A DNA stretch of 64,000 nucleotides from Eledone cirrhosa. Taxonomy: Eukaryota. The position numbers were made by a program, and so were the translations under genes. Under the pieces are notes generated by a model. The model was given only the letters and a program-made list of their open reading frames with translations. It was not told where the DNA came from and did no database searches. Position 1 is the stretch's first letter. Each line of letters begins with the position of its first letter. This document shows positions 29,991-44,915 of the stretch, piece after piece. The stretch is from positions 46,190,001 to 46,254,000 of the forward strand of contig OZ024749.1 of NCBI GenBank assembly GCA_964016885.1, read 5' to 3'.

Positions 29991-30081
29991 TATCTGAAAT
30001 TACTTCACATTTTGTAGTTTCAGGTGGAGAAATTGAACGTTGTGATGTTCAACCATTTTATTATTTACGAAAAAAACCTAT

Positions 30082-30129
30082 GTACTACTACTACGACTAC
30101 TACTACTACGACCACCACTACCACCACCC

Positions 30130-30187
<58 letters not shown>

Positions 30188-30204
30188 AACCCCTACTACT
30201 ACTA

Positions 30205-30261
<57 letters not shown>

Positions 30262-30326
30262 AGCTGCTGCTGCTACTGCTACTATTACTACCACCACCAC
30301 CACCAATACCACCACCACCATTACTA

Positions 30327-30408
<82 letters not shown>

Positions 30409-31370
30409 AATGTTGTTGCTGCTTTCTCGGTGGTTTCCTGTTGACATCTTTTTTTCACTTTTCCACTCAAATTAGTCTGCTGGTATTATTAATACCACCA
30501 TCAATATTATCACAACTACCACCACCACTACCACACATACCACCACCACCACTACCACAAACACCACCACCACTACCACCACCACCACTACCACAAACAC
30601 CACCATCAACGTTGATACCACTACCACCCAAACCCCAATCAGCTCCACCACCACCTACACTAATACCACCACCAACTATACCACCACCACTAACAACAAA
30701 AACAACAACAACAGCAACAACAACAATAAAACATTCAATACCCCCATCAATAAAATCACCACCACCACCACCGCGACCTCAAGCATAACCAACACCATTA
30801 CCACCACCACTACCTCAAGCACCACCATTACCACCCCCACTACCTCAAGCACCACCAGCACCATCACCATTACAACTACCTCAAGCACCACCACCACCAC
30901 TACCTCGAACACCGCCATCAACACTACCATCACTATCACCCCCACCCACATCACCACCATCAACAGCACCACCACCACTACCACCAGCACCACCACCACC
31001 ACCATCACCATTACAACTACCTCAAGCACCACCACCACCACTAACTTAAACACCACCACCACCACTACCTCAAGCACCGCCATCAACACTACCATCACTC
31101 ATCCCCACCATCACCAGCACCACCACTAACTTAAACACCACCACCACCACTGCCTCAAGCACCGCCATCAACACTACCATCACTCATCACCACCATCACC
31201 AGCACCACCACCACTACCACCACCACCGCCACCACCACCACCAACACCATCACCACCACCGCCACCACCGCCACCAACGCCACCACCACCACCACCACCA
31301 CCACCACCACCACTGCCACCACCACCATCACCCCCCCCACCACCACCACCACCACTATCAACACCATACT
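30082..31370. repeat. Compound (ACT)n/(ACC)n microsatellite with degenerate tandem units (accactacctcaagcacc)
   Basis: Direct inspection. Representative of the many (TA)n, (GA)n, (CA)n, (CTT)n, (TAG)n and (CAT)n tracts across the window. Confidence 0.9.
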
Positions 31371-31479
31371 GACTGCAATCCATACCTTTACTATAAAATA
31401 TATGGTCACCAACACCACCCCATTCCAATCATCATCATAATCATCACCATTACTATCCTCATGAACAACATCAACATTA

Positions 31480-31662
31480 TTGGCAGTAATGGTAGAGGGT
31501 GGGACATCATGATTTGCAGCATAGAGTCACGCTCCATTACAGTCTGAGTTAAAATCCTGTCGATTTTAACTTTGCCTTTCTTCCTTTACGGGGTCGATAA
31601 ATTAAAGTACCAGTAATGCACTGGAGTAATTGCTGGCCTTGTGCTAAGTGTAGAAGCATTAT
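31480..31662 (+). mobile_element. tRNA-derived SINE copy
   Basis: A/B-box-like head, core and tail. Confidence 0.85.
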
Positions 31663-32388
31663 CAAATGTTTATGATTATCTACATTATTGCAAAAAAAGT
31701 GTGTGCTTGTGTGTATGACTGTGTACGTGCGTGTGTGTGTGAATCTCACAAGTCCACCCACCTAAAGTCTTCTTCTTCTTCTTCTTCTTCTTCTTCTTCT
31801 TCTTCTTCTTCTTCTTCTTCTTCTTCTTCTTCTTCTTCTATAGGTTTTCTCTTCTTTATTTATTTCACCTTCATGTTTTCCTTGAGTCTTTTTTCCTTGT
31901 TTTTCATTTTGTTATCATTCATTTTTATATATTTTCCACATACACTGATTCCTCTCCCGCCCCCTCCCCAGCTTCTTTCTTTCTTTCTTCTTCTTCTTCT
32001 TCTTCTTCTTCTTCTTCTTCTTCTTCTTCTTCTTCTTCTTCTTCTTCTTCATCCTTCTTCCTTATTTTTGTGCTATTATTTTTATCCTCGTTTATTATTA
32101 TTTTTTTTTATTTGCTATTTATTTTTGTCATATTTACATTTACACCACCTTCACTTCTTTTTCTCTTTCCTCCTTCTCCTACCACCCCTCCTACCCCTCT
32201 CCTTCCACTTCCACCCGTTCTTTCCGTCTTTCATTCATTCGTTTCCTTCGCACTCTCTTCCTTCCTTCTTCCTCCTTCTTTCTTTTGTATCGTTCCATTT
32301 CTATTGTTAACCTTTTGTCAAGTCGACGTACGTTCGAGCTGTTTCATTTCCCGTTAGTATTATTATTATTTTTATTATTATCGTTACT

Positions 32389-32419
<31 letters not shown>

Positions 32420-32424
32420 ATATG

Positions 32425-32455
<31 letters not shown>

Positions 32456-32784
32456 CCATCATCATCATCAGCACTAATACCACTCTCATCATCCTCATCA
32501 TCCTCATCATCATCATCATCATCGCCATCACCATCATCACCATCATCATCATCAGCACTAATACCACACTCATCATCATCTTCATAATATATCATCATCA
32601 TACTCACGACCACAACCTCCACCACCATCAGCAATCACATCCACACCATCAAAATCATCACCATCGAATCATCCTCATCATCATCATCAGCAGTAGCAGC
32701 TGCAACAGCAGCATCGTATCATCATCATCCTCGTCAACGGATTACAATAATCTTCATCAGCATCACCATCATCATCGTCATCAG

Positions 32785-32828
<44 letters not shown>

Positions 32829-32965
32829 TATTCACTCTTATGATCATTACCTTCTCAGTAAATTCTCCCCCTCTCTCCATGTTTTATATGCCACTCCCGT
32901 ATATTTTCTTTCTATCTTTCACATTCACTTTTGTTATCATTTCTGGCAACCTCTCTCTATATCTC

Positions 32966-33038
<73 letters not shown>

Positions 33039-33039
33039 C

Positions 33040-33078
<39 letters not shown>

Positions 33079-33186
33079 AAATATGATAATAATGGACCTG
33101 CGGCGTTGCAAATGGGTTACATATGAAAAAGTTTGTCCTTCATCAGTGATCTTCCAACCGTCATAGGCATTTCATCGCTTTAAAGA

Positions 33187-33222
<36 letters not shown>

Positions 33223-33681
33223 CAAGTATGACCCCGACGGCAGAGCTCAAGCCGTTTCGACGGCTAATTCTGGACTCCAGAATTAGCCGTCGAAACGGCT
33301 TGAGCTCTGCTGTCGGGGTCATACTCGTTACTATTACCCACTCTACTACCCTAAGTATTGAGAACTTTGCTGCGTTATGGTCCATCTGGTTCCTTACCAC
33401 ATTTCCTTTGTTATATATATATATATATAACAAAGAGGGTGTGGTCAGATACTAGGTGGACCATAACGCACCAGAGTGCTCAATACTTAGGGTGGCAGAT
33501 ATATATATATTTCAAAAAAATCATTCCTCATAAATTTTTTACTGACACTGTCTGTCTTTCTATATTTTCTTCTTTACTACTTCATCGCTCTCTGCCTCCT
33601 TCTCTCGTTTAGAAACTTACACATACATACACCCACGTACACACACACACAGACACACACACATACACACACCCATGCATT

Positions 33682-33719
<38 letters not shown>

Positions 33720-33936
33720 AATATCCATCTATATTATTACCATTTTTATGACACTTATACGAGTCATAAGGAACAAACATCATCACCATTCACAACAGCA
33801 TCAGTTTAACAGCAAGAGAATGCAGCCTCACCATCATCGTTATGAAAGTCATCATTTTTACTCTTCTTCTCCTTCTTCTTCTTCCTCATCTTGCTACTAA
33901 CTGCTGCACATCCTCTTATCATTACCCTCCTCGTTC

Positions 33937-33975
<39 letters not shown>

Positions 33976-34502
33976 GCATCATCATCATCATCATCATCAA
34001 CGATATCCATATACTCATCATCATTATGGTTTCCATTTTCTTGCAAGAAGCTATTGTAAATTCGTGAAATTGACTCTTAATTTCTGGAAATTATCTCCCC
34101 TGTTCTTTGAAACTCTCTAGCAATTACTGTAAGGTTATTATGTACTCTCGCCATATCAGAGGGAAATGTTAATTAATTCAAAGATTTTCTTCAGCATACC
34201 CTATTCAGTATATCCCCACATAAATTATGTTTTTGTATTCACGCTATTAAATCAATTGGGTTATTATCCCTTACTTTATGGTCTTTTTAATCATGCAAAT
34301 TATACTAGGCGAAAATCTTCGTCATTTTCTCCGATATGTAGAGACGACTGTCACATAATATTATAATAACCAACAACAATTAATGACATCAGACTAAGTT
34401 CATTATAGGGTTTAAGTTAGTTTTATGTATTAAAGACTAAATATTTCATATATTTGCAGCTATATATTTCTCGACACGATATACAATGATTCTAGATTCT
34501 AT

Positions 34503-34581
<79 letters not shown>

Positions 34582-34713
34582 AGAGTGTGCGGTAAAAAAA
34601 AACCAGGTAGACCATAACACACCAGAGTATTCGATACTTGGTCTAGTAAGAGGGTTCTAGTAGAGTGGACACCAACGGCTGAGCTCCGGCCGTTTCGACA
34701 GCTAGATCCGTTC

Positions 34714-34766
<53 letters not shown>

Positions 34767-34883
34767 GAGAAGAAAGAAGAATACTGCGTGGTTGCACATG
34801 GGTTACATATGATAAAATTAGTCCCTCGTCAGTGATTTGCCAACCATCATTGATATTTCATCGCATTAAAAATTATATACCTC

Positions 34884-34922
<39 letters not shown>

Positions 34923-35417
34923 GGATATTTTTTTAATTGGTGATCCCATCTCCTCACCAAGTTGGAGATTTCTTCCAGAGAAATATAGAGAATGATGGAA
35001 CTGAGAAAAGGTATGGAGGATTAAACGACCCCTGTACGATATTGATGCTTTTCATCAAGGTTGTATGAATGAAAGGCAAAGTTTACGTCGGCGGGATTCC
35101 AAGGCAGGGAGCCAAGAGCCGGAACGAATACCACAAATCACTCTATTCGACGTGTTGACTGTTCTGCTAATTTACAGCATTATATGCATAGATACATGCA
35201 AACATATATTGTTGTATCATAGCGTTTTACTATGAAGCTAAATATCAGATGATATATACATTTAATACGAATCCTTGTGAATAGCGTAAGCACAGATAAC
35301 TAGTTTAAGCCACCACATTTGACAATGAACGGTAATTTATATAATTAATATTACTATATTTCTATTGAAATTTTATAAACTATATAATATCAAATATAGA
35401 ATGTGTGTTCCATTATC

Positions 35418-35547
<130 letters not shown>

Positions 35548-35698
35548 AGTAACAATAATAAATTTGAAGACTACAATCCAAAGAAGGCTCGATAAGGATA
35601 AATATATGTTAAATATATAAGAAACGTAGAGCAAATCCCGTTAAGGGCGAAATCACCGATTCTTTGCTTAAACTTTAATCTGTTATTTTAATAAATAA

Positions 35699-35947
<249 letters not shown>

Positions 35948-36189
35948 TAGATATGCATATATGTATAAGTATATATGCATAATTGAGTTTCTAGGACCAT
36001 ATTATTACAAATAGCTTTGCAGTAGAGCTTCTCGTTTTACTATATGAGAAGCCAAGATATGCGACAGATTTACCTCAGGCATCCATTAAAGAAATATTTT
36101 ATCTAGTTTCAAAGTCCGCATAAAATTCTGGCGCCAGGTTAATTGGGGCAGCTTACTAATCAATGTTTGGATTTCATTATATTTCTATT

Positions 36190-36710
36190 TAGGCGGTGGA
36201 TTGGCAGTATCGGTAGAGGGTCGGATGCCTTGCTTTTCAGCATAGTTACGTCCCTAAACGATCTGGGTTCAAATCCCGCTGAGGTTGACTTTGCCTTTCA
36301 TCCTTACGGGGTCGATAAAATAAAGTACCAGTAATGCACTGGAAATTGCTGGCCTTGTGCCAAAAAGTAGAAACAATTATATTTATATTTAGAAAAGGGC
36401 GGTGGATTGGCAGTATCGGTAGAGAGGCGGACGCCATGCTTTGAAGTAAAGAGTTACCTCCCTGTATGATCTGAGTTCAAATCCCGCCGAGGTTAACTTT
36501 GCCTTTCATCCTTACGGGGTCGATAAAATAAAGTACCTGTAATGTACTGGATAATTGCTGGCCTTGTGCCAAAAAAGTAGAAACAATTATATTTCTATTT
36601 AGAACGATGTATTGGTAAAATTAGTTGAATATGACATAAATATCATGCTGTAGAATTAGTCAGGTCATTTTATGTTGCGAGTTCAAATCCCACCAAATTT
36701 ACTTTGATTT
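36190..36710 (+). mobile_element. Tandem SINE copies (36190-36380, 36396-36590, diverged third)
   Basis: Two near-identical full units ggcggtggattggcagtatcggtagag...gtagaaacaattat. Confidence 0.9.
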
Positions 36711-36960
36711 TTACATGTGCAGAGAGTTGGGTAGAAGATGGGATGATAAAATACAATACACTGTGAATCACTGTCAGCCATTTTTGTTAGTGTTTATTGT
36801 TTTTCTATACATCTTTTTCATATATGATTTTGTGTTGATGATGACGTTGTTGATAATGATGATGTCAAAGGTTAAAACCATGACGATGATGCAGAATCAT
36901 CATCATCGTCGTCGTCGTCGTCATCGTCGTCTTCTTCTGCTTCTTCTTCTTCTTCTTCTT

Positions 36961-37020
<60 letters not shown>

Positions 37021-37525
37021 TGAGTCTCAGTCATTGATGTTAGTTAACTGGAAAGTTTGTTGAAATGAATATCAAGCCACTACCTGCAGCCTCAGATATT
37101 CAGGACGTATCGGAGGGTTCTTGTTGTTCCCAGCAAGCATGCCTTTTGAAGCGTTCCAAAAAGCGTGAAGGGGCCAATTTTCTTTAACCATCCCTGGAAA
37201 TTTTTTAAGATAGTCCCTAGTGCGCCTATGACAATCGGGATCACTTTGACTTCATGGCAGTTCCAAATCCTTTTTACCTCCCACTTTAAGTCCCGGTATC
37301 GGTTAATTTTCTCCCTTTCCTTCTCTTGCACTCTCGTGTCGAATGGGCAGGCCACATCCACAATCAGGCACGATCTTTTTTCTTTGTCAACAACCACCAG
37401 GTCAGGTCTATTGTGTTCCAGTTTCTTGTCCATCTGTATCCTAAAATCCCACAGCACCTTCACCTGATCGTTTCTATCACCGACTCTGGCTTATGCTCAT
37501 ACTACTTCTCAGAATGTCGTAAATT
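37021..37525 (-). mobile_element. 5'-truncated R4/Dong-like non-LTR retrotransposon (restriction-like endonuclease C-terminus + short 3'UTR)
   Basis: ORF 37092-37463 KVLWDFRIQMDKKLEHNRPDLVVVDK..IVDVACP..EKINRY..IPIVIGALG is the PD-(D/E)xK RLE signature. Upstream YEHKPESVIEND. The 3' end abuts (TAA)n at 36991-37020, matching Dong-type TAA targeting. Confidence 0.9.
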
Positions 37526-37807
37526 GTTTACTTCTTCTTCTTCTTCTTCTCTTCTTCTTCTTCTTCTTCTTCTTCTTCTTCTTCTTCTTCTTCTTCTTCT
37601 TCTTCTTCTTCTTCTTCTTCTTCTTCTTCTTCTTCTTCTTCTTCTTCTTCTTCTTCTTCTTCATCATCATCATCATCGTCATGATCATGATCATGATCAT
37701 GATCATCTTCTTCTTCTTCTTCTTCTTCTTCTTCTTCTTCTTCTTCTTCTTCTTCTTCTTCTTCTTCTTCTTCTTCTTCTTCTTCTTCTTCTTCTTCTTC
37801 TTCTTCT

Positions 37808-37854
<47 letters not shown>

Positions 37855-38282
37855 TTCTTCTTCTTCTTCTATTATCATTATTGTTTTCTGCGTTGCCAAT
37901 AGTGATGATGATTATGATTGTTGTGTCGGCGATGATGATGACTGTGCTGCTGATGATGATGACGACGATGATTGTGATTGTGATGGCAGCGTTGCTAGTG
38001 TTGGTGCTAAGAATGATGTTCAGGGCGATGCTGTGATAACGGTGATGATGATGATGATGATGATGAAGTTGTCCATGTTCTTTCAATTTATTTTCCTACT
38101 CATTGAATCGTAAAATTCTTTCAGTCAAACAAATTGCTTCCCCTTGGGACTCACTAATATTTTCAATTATTTTCTTCTCACATTTTAATGGCATGGGAAC
38201 TAGGGAACTGGTATCTCTATTTTCTTATTTTATTATATTCACAGTGATGTCCAGTATGGCTGCTCGACGAACATGGTGACGA

Positions 38283-38314
<32 letters not shown>

Positions 38315-38391
38315 TTGGTGGTGATGCTGATGATAATGATGATGATGATGATGATGAAGGCTGTGAAGACGAATATGATAATAATAACAAC

Positions 38392-38438
<47 letters not shown>

Positions 38439-38448
38439 TAATAATAAT

Positions 38449-39361
38449 GTTTTCTTTATTAACCACAAGGGTTTACATAAAGTAGACATTAAGGACAGTA
38501 CAGGACAATACAGGACAATACAGGACGGTACAAATGGGCATTTCTGCGTGTAAAAAAAAAAACAGAGGATGTAATAAAATAACAAAGAAAAATTCCCCAA
38601 TAGCGATGGGGGAGACTTCCGAGGGACATTTGTGGAGAAAGCCCATTAAAAGGCCACAGTGACCCTGACCACCAGGGCAAGTGCCCTCTCCCAGTTTTCC
38701 ACCTTCAATTTACAGCCATATACTCAGAGTAGGTCCATTCACTCGGGCCATTCTTGCCTCTCTCACCCATCTTTCAACAAAACGCTAGGAAGAGAGCACT
38801 TCCCTCTCTACCCTGATTTTCCTTTTCAAATGAAATTGGAAAAGGTTAATCACGGCATCAGCGAAGAGGTAAGTGCTCGTCTTCAGCCCTTTCAGACGCG
38901 TCCACCATACTATCTCTTTCGCCATGGCCACCAGACAGATAAAAACTGCCTGCCCTTCCCGGCTAAAGGAAGAGGGTGGAACAATCCTCACGATGGACTC
39001 AGCTGATAGTCGGATCCGTTCTACACGCGACAGCAGGTGTTCGACATAAACCCACAAGTCAGCAATGCTCGGACACTGGACGAGTGCATGCAGGATATGC
39101 CCGGGGGACGGCACCTCCATGCCTTTAGAGTTTATCCCGAACTGGCAAAGCTCCTCGGTAGCACTGCCAAGCCAGGGATTTCTGGAAGTTGTCCATAGGC
39201 CCCGGCCCGAAAGTTCTTCCAAAGAGATTAGCTAGTTGATTTTCGTCGACGCCTAGAGTTTCCCCAAGTACGTCGTGGCTCTTCCTCTCCACTGATCCTC
39301 TATAGAACGCCAAGGTGGAGTTTCCACCGATCACATTGCCCGCGGTGTCTTCATCGACGGC
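38449..39361 (-). mobile_element. 5'-truncated Tx1/L1-clade LINE 3' end (zf-RVT region, frameshifted)
   Basis: Minus-strand peptides SLAWQCYRGALPVRDKL and ILHALVQCPSIADLW...AKEIVWWTR are typical of the L1/Tx1 ORF2 C-terminus. The 3'UTR ends in AATAAA then (ATT)n. Confidence 0.8.
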
Positions 39362-39944
39362 ATCATCATCATCTTCATCATCTTCATCATCATCGTGATC
39401 AAGGTCATCAACGTAGAGATCACTAACAACAATCAGATCCCCATTAACATTCTGAATAAAACAACTACTAGTCATCTACTGTGGTAATTCAAATAAATCT
39501 CCAGTAATTAAATGCAAAAGTTATGTATAAATTGACAACAAAGTCAACAAACTTATTTTTAAATATTTAACAAATATTTGACATTTAACATATATTTGAA
39601 ATTTAACATATATTTTTATTTCAATTATTTTTTTTTTAAATATAGCGACAGCGAATAGCTAGGTCGGTAAAGGGCAGGTATCTCTGTGCTACTGATTTAC
39701 CTCCCTTTACTTTCTGAACGAAAACTCCAACACTTTGGTTTTACAGTGAATTACTCTCTGGTCTCGAAAATGAAGAAATGTGCAAAGTACCAAGTATGAA
39801 ATCAATACAATTGATCACACATCTACTCTTATTGATTTCAACATTTATTTAAGATGTGATATGTTTTGCCATGTTATACATTCGTATAATGAGTGAAATT
39901 CCTCTTATATATCCTATGAAACAGATAGAATTTTGTATTGAAAT

Positions 39945-40075
<131 letters not shown>

Positions 40076-40768
40076 TATTATGGCAGGTATTGATTTCCTT
40101 CTTTGTTTATTTATTTTTCCTGAATTGATTGAATTTCCGGTTGAATATCGAATGTTTGTAGACTTTTTTTTAATATCTCTTTTATTTTTTCACTTTTTAC
40201 TTATTTTGAGTTTGTTCTATTTTGTACAACTTTTTTTAAAGAAGGAGAGAGGCAGAGTGAAAGAGGAACAGAAATAAAAGGCGTAGGGTGCATTTGAGTT
40301 CATGAAGGGCAGACAGCAGTAGGTGAAAATGGAGAGAAAGGAGAACATAAAAGTGGCATAATGCTTAACGTATTGTTTTACTCCTGCATTTATAAAAATC
40401 AAGAACTTCTTTATATATATATATAGACCCACTAGACTTCACCAATGCAACTATAGAATAATTAACTATGAAATACAAAGATCAGTTCATTTAGTTCATA
40501 GGAGTGTTAAATAAATGTATAATATATTGTGTGGTTAGATATACATTTTTAAATGCATCGCTGTATGTATGCATGTATGTGAATATGTTTGAATATATAT
40601 ATATATAAAATACAATATGTTGAGCGAGAGAGAGAGATAGTGTTCCATTAATATTGATGGCACACTATCTCTCTCTCTCTCTCTAGTGTGTTACCCTTTC
40701 AACATATTGTATTTATAGAGCACATTATTTACAGGGAATAACGAGAGTCTATGGCTCCGTTAATTTAT

Positions 40769-40855
<87 letters not shown>

Positions 40856-41026
40856 CATACAGACATATTCATATACAGGCATATATGTATATATATGTGT
40901 GTGTTTCCAGAATTTATATCTATTACACTTCCTTTAAATTCTAGTCTCATTGTTTCTTTAATTTGATGATTGTGAATATAGCTTCCATGCAGTTGTGTAT
41001 TTTATTTTGGCGTTTCACCAATACAG

Positions 41027-41086
41027 GCATCACACCAAACTCTGAGAACCCTCCTGATCCTTCAGCTTTAGTTTGTATTAATGGCG
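41027..41086 (+). CDS. Candidate internal exon (GITPNSENPPDPSALVCING)
   Basis: T-rich acceptor ending tacAG, 60-nt open phase 1-1 exon, donor G|gtaaat. Confidence 0.4.
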
Positions 41087-41852
41087 GTAAATGTATGTTA
41101 AGTGAGTTGGCCGGAAACGTCACAATGGAAGTATTTTTTCCGAAATTGCTCGAACTTCCGGTTAGATTTACATTGTTTGTTTTTATATTTGTTCAATATA
41201 TTTTAGATATATTTTCTTTGTATACGTATTTACATTTCTTCTGTTTTAGATGGGGAAATGGCTATACTTGAAAAAATGTGAAGATGTTACGAGTGTATTT
41301 CTTTCCCTTTGATATTTTCCTGTTAATAAGAACACTTCTAGAGATTATATATTTCTGTTTACTTATTGATTTGTATATTTGCTTCTGCCCATATTTTTTT
41401 TCATTGTTTCCTTCATTTATTCCCTCTTTCCTCCATTCATTTTTTCTGGCTTTATTTAATTCATTATTTCTGTACTTTCCATTCTAAATACCCCCATGCA
41501 TTTTATTCTAAACTATAAACACATTAACACACAAAGAGAAATATAAATATGTAAATATGAATTCATGGGGTAGCTCAAATCGATACTTAAAAAGTCGTAA
41601 GCCATTATGATTAAACAGATATAAAAATTACTTGGCTTTATCCATGACATATATATATATATACGTATTTCTCTGTAAAATGGTGATAAAAAGAAAAAAA
41701 ATTAAAAAGCGTGGTGGGTTTCCATCCGAAGGTATGTATACCATTTAAACAACCACATTGAAACATGTAACGGAGGGTTTTATATATCCACTCACGTGAT
41801 CATATACGTTTACTGCTTAGCGCACCTATGGACTCACATATATATGTGTATA

Positions 41853-41948
<96 letters not shown>

Positions 41949-42146
41949 TAAAGACACTCGCACACCCACATAGTAATTTTTATAATCACTAATAATATAT
42001 ATATATATATATATGTATGTATCTATATAATTATGTATGTGTGTATATAAGAGATATGAAGAGCGAGGGATGGTGAGAGCAAACTAACACAATGATATAT
42101 GTATGAATGTATTTAATTACGCATCTGTCTATGTGTATGTGAACGG

Positions 42147-42216
<70 letters not shown>

Positions 42217-42524
42217 TTCATATTCATACGTGATCACGTGTTATCCAAAGTCAAAACATCAAAGATTAATGAAGATAACTGTTGGTAAGGTAAGACGTCC
42301 GTACTCCGGACGCTCTTTTATAGACGATGAGCAACAGAAATAGACGTAGATTACGACCGGCCCATACGATATTGGCAATTTGATCGGAATAAGGAAATCT
42401 AGAAATAGAAACCAGGAATTGGGTTAGAACTCTGTGTATTAAACCCTTCTAGAAATGAATATGTGTATACTGATTAAACCTATATTTATTCATAATATAT
42501 ATATATATATATTGGGATACATAC

Positions 42525-42803
<279 letters not shown>

Positions 42804-43574
42804 CATATATAGGGTAATATATAATACAGATAGATATGTGTGTGTGTAAATATATATATATATATATATGTATGTATATATATATATATATATGTGCGTG
42901 TACAATGATTATTGAAGTCAAATGTTGCTCACAATTTCACCTCTTCTAACCCCACTAACATTATTACTATTAACTCAATTACTCACCAAATTTCCTGTCT
43001 ATCCTCCACCCGATAATGTTTTTTGTATAGTTACTTTCCTCCTCTCAATTAAATCTGAAACATGTCAGATTTACGGTTTTGATCTTTGATATGTATAGAT
43101 CCATATCACACTAAAACTTATATATATATCAAATATTTTTCTTCAATAAAAACGAGTCTGTTTCGAAATGTTTAAGAATTTAGTATTCAGGAAAATGATT
43201 AAAAACCCTCGCCGCTTCGCATAGGAGACTACTATTTATGAAATATCATACATTCGATATTCCATATCCCTATTTAATGTATCATGCACATTTGTTTTTC
43301 TGTTTTATATTCAAGCCTTTAATATTGGCAACACATATATGTGCATATATGTACGCCTGTCTCATTGTCTTAGATTTGAAATTGTTTTTGATAGGGCAGC
43401 TTTAGAAAGGTACATAAATTTCGATCATCCCTTATGGAACCAATCATTCTTTAAATAGTAAGTATGTTTCACAGATTTTCAAAGTTCCAGATATTGGGGT
43501 CATTTGTAGCTTTAGCTAGAAATCCAAGTTCAGTAATATTTCGATCCAAGTGTGTTCATAGATAGGGTAACTCC

Positions 43575-43770
43575 AATAATAATTGTTTCTACTTTTGGCA
43601 CAAGTACTACAATTATCCCAGTGTACTACTGGTACTTTATTTTATCGACCCCGTAAGGATGAAAGGCAAAGTTAACCTCGGCGGGATTTGAACTCAGATC
43701 ATAAAGGGCAGTAACTCTTTGCTGCAAGGCATGGTGTCCGACCCTCTACCGATACTGCCAATCCATCGCC
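43575..43770 (-). mobile_element. tRNA-derived SINE, full length (deleted copy at ~44152-44255)
   Basis: Matches the consensus on the minus strand. Confidence 0.9.
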
Positions 43771-43970
43771 CTCCAATAATAATGGACATAACACTTATTG
43801 TGTATTTCGCATACTATATGTGCAAACTCCTCATCCATTGTTCATACATATCTTCCGCCTCTTGTATCTTTCTCACTACATGTATGTGTGTATATATATA
43901 TATATGTATGAATGTATGAATGTATGTATGTATGTATGTATGTATGTATGTATGTATGTATGTATGTATG

Positions 43971-44002
<32 letters not shown>

Positions 44003-44500
44003 AAAAAAAAAAGGGAGAAAAAAAGAAAGGAAAAGAAAAACTCAAAATAACAAAACACACACACACACACACAACAGAACAACAACATCAACTGCCACCA
44101 CCGCCACCGCCGTCGCCATCACCACCACCAGCGACCTTAAGAACAACTTTAATAATAATTTTTCTGCTTTTGGCACGGATCCAGCGACTGGCCAGCGCAT
44201 CACTGGTACTCTCTTTTGTTGACTCCGTGGAGAGCCATAACTCTATGCTGTAAAGCAATTATAGTAATACTGGACTGTAATACGATCGGCTTCAACTATA
44301 CAAACTCTTGAAAGTCAACAGTTGACATAATCTGGTAATCTTGTATCAGTAATGACGGTAATATATATATATATATGTGTGTGTGTGCGTGTAAGTGAGT
44401 AGAGTAGCGTGTGTGTGTGTTTGTTGTGTGTGTGAGTGTTGCTGTGTGCACGCATATGTATGCGTGTGTGTGTATGTCGTACGTATAAGTGTCAATAAGT

Positions 44501-44536
<36 letters not shown>

Positions 44537-44538
<2 letters not shown>

Positions 44539-44839
44539 GCGGGGACATAGAAATAATCGGGCTGGATGCCCGATCGCGCAGTTAAACCACTGGGAGTGAA
44601 GAACCCCTAGCCCATGTCAGGGTATTCTTCTAGGAGAAGGCATCTCAGGAAACTGGGTTAACTCCGATATAAAACCTGCGGCTCAGTAGTTACCGATGAT
44701 GTTGATCTTTTCTTCTTTTCGGGTTATAGCTACTGTCGCTCAGAGAGTGGGATTGGTTCAGTGCACAGTCTTTCCTCACTTTAAAAATATTCGTCACGCA
44801 CAGGCATTGCACGAGTGCATTAATAATTATTAATAGTGT

Positions 44840-44877
<38 letters not shown>

Positions 44878-44882
44878 TATTA

Positions 44883-44915
<33 letters not shown>

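Noticed and set aside
33120-33150. CTGATGA/CTGACGA on the minus strand here and at ~34825 as hammerheads
   Set aside because: No stem II-GAAA-UH arrangement follows.
40945-41195. Minus-strand open frame TNNVNLTGSS...KLKKQ*
   Set aside because: Preceded by an in-frame stop with no acceptor or start. The plus-strand exon reading fits better.
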